From IMG/VR virus record IMGVR_UViG_2563366800_000002: a DNA stretch of 15,788 bases, one strand, 5' to 3'. Each line of letters begins with the position of its first letter. Positions within the stretch are counted from its first letter, which is position 1. Below are positions 15,252 through 15,788 of the stretch, one piece after another. This DNA comes from a virus. Lineage: Duplodnaviria > Heunggongvirae > Uroviricota > Caudoviricetes. Below the pieces are notes generated by a model. That model was not told the DNA's origin, did not search any database, and saw only the letters and a program-made list of their open reading frames with translations. The position numbers and the translations under genes are program-made.

Positions 15252-15788
15252 ATGAAACATATTGTAGAAGTAATGATCCCCGAAGCGGAGATTAAAGCGC
15301 GTATCGCCGAACTGGGTCGTCAGATTACTGAGCGTTACAAAGACAGCGGCAGCGATATGGTGCTGGTGGGTCTGCTGCGTGGCTCATTTATGTTTATGGC
15401 GGACCTGTGCCGTGAAGTTCAGGTATCTCATGAAGTCGACTTTATGACCGCCTCCAGCTACGGTAGCGGCATGTCCACCACCCGTGATGTGAAAATCCTC
15501 AAAGATCTGGATGAAGATATCCGTGGCAAGGACGTGCTGATTGTTGAAGATATCATCGACTCGGGGAATACACTGTCGAAAGTGCGTGAGATCTTAAGCC
15601 TGCGCGAACCGAAGTCGTTGGCGATTTGTACGCTGCTGGATAAACCGTCCCGTCGTGAAGTGAACGTCCCGGTTGAATTTATCGGTTTCTCGATCCCGGA
15701 TGAGTTTGTGGTGGGTTACGGCATTGATTACGCACAGCGTTACCGTCATCTGCCGTATATCGGCAAAGTGATTCTGCTGGACGAGTAA
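15252..15788 (+). CDS. hpt: Hypoxanthine phosphoribosyltransferase (host chromosomal gene)
   Basis: 178-aa product with the PRTase motif [13 protein letters not shown] and full-length resemblance to enterobacterial Hpt as recalled; host-like codon usage; TAA at the window end. Confidence 0.9.
   Translation: MKHIVEVMIPEAEIKARIAELGRQITERYKDSGSDMVLVGLLRGSFMFMADLCREVQVSHEVDFMTASSYGSGMSTTRDVKILKDLDEDIRGKDVLIVEDIIDSGNTLSKVREILSLREPKSLAICTLLDKPSRREVNVPVEFIGFSIPDEFVVGYGIDYAQRYRHLPYIGKVILLDE

Overview
This window is almost entirely one integrated phage satellite of the capsid-forming PICI / P4-like kind (about 1 to 15,000), ending next to the host gene hpt (15252..15788). All calls are from reading the sequence and recalling family signatures; no database search or computation was run. 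Left to right on the + strand: a P4-type tyrosine integrase; an AT-rich orphan gene overlapping the integrase stop; AlpA; an ORF6N-type protein; a divergent small YlcI/YnfO-like gene (- strand) facing an operon of three small proteins and an alpha-like primase/helicase; an iteron origin; SSB; then an HK97-like head and packaging module (capsid, protease, portal, connector, HNH endonuclease, TerS, TerL) with no tail genes. The strongest candidates for something undescribed are the orphan gene at 1221..2024 and the right junction (14254..15015), where a second iteron cluster sits between two 118-bp structured repeats and three att-like end sequences. The island's left boundary lies outside the window. 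No tRNA, rRNA, CRISPR array or IS element was recognised.
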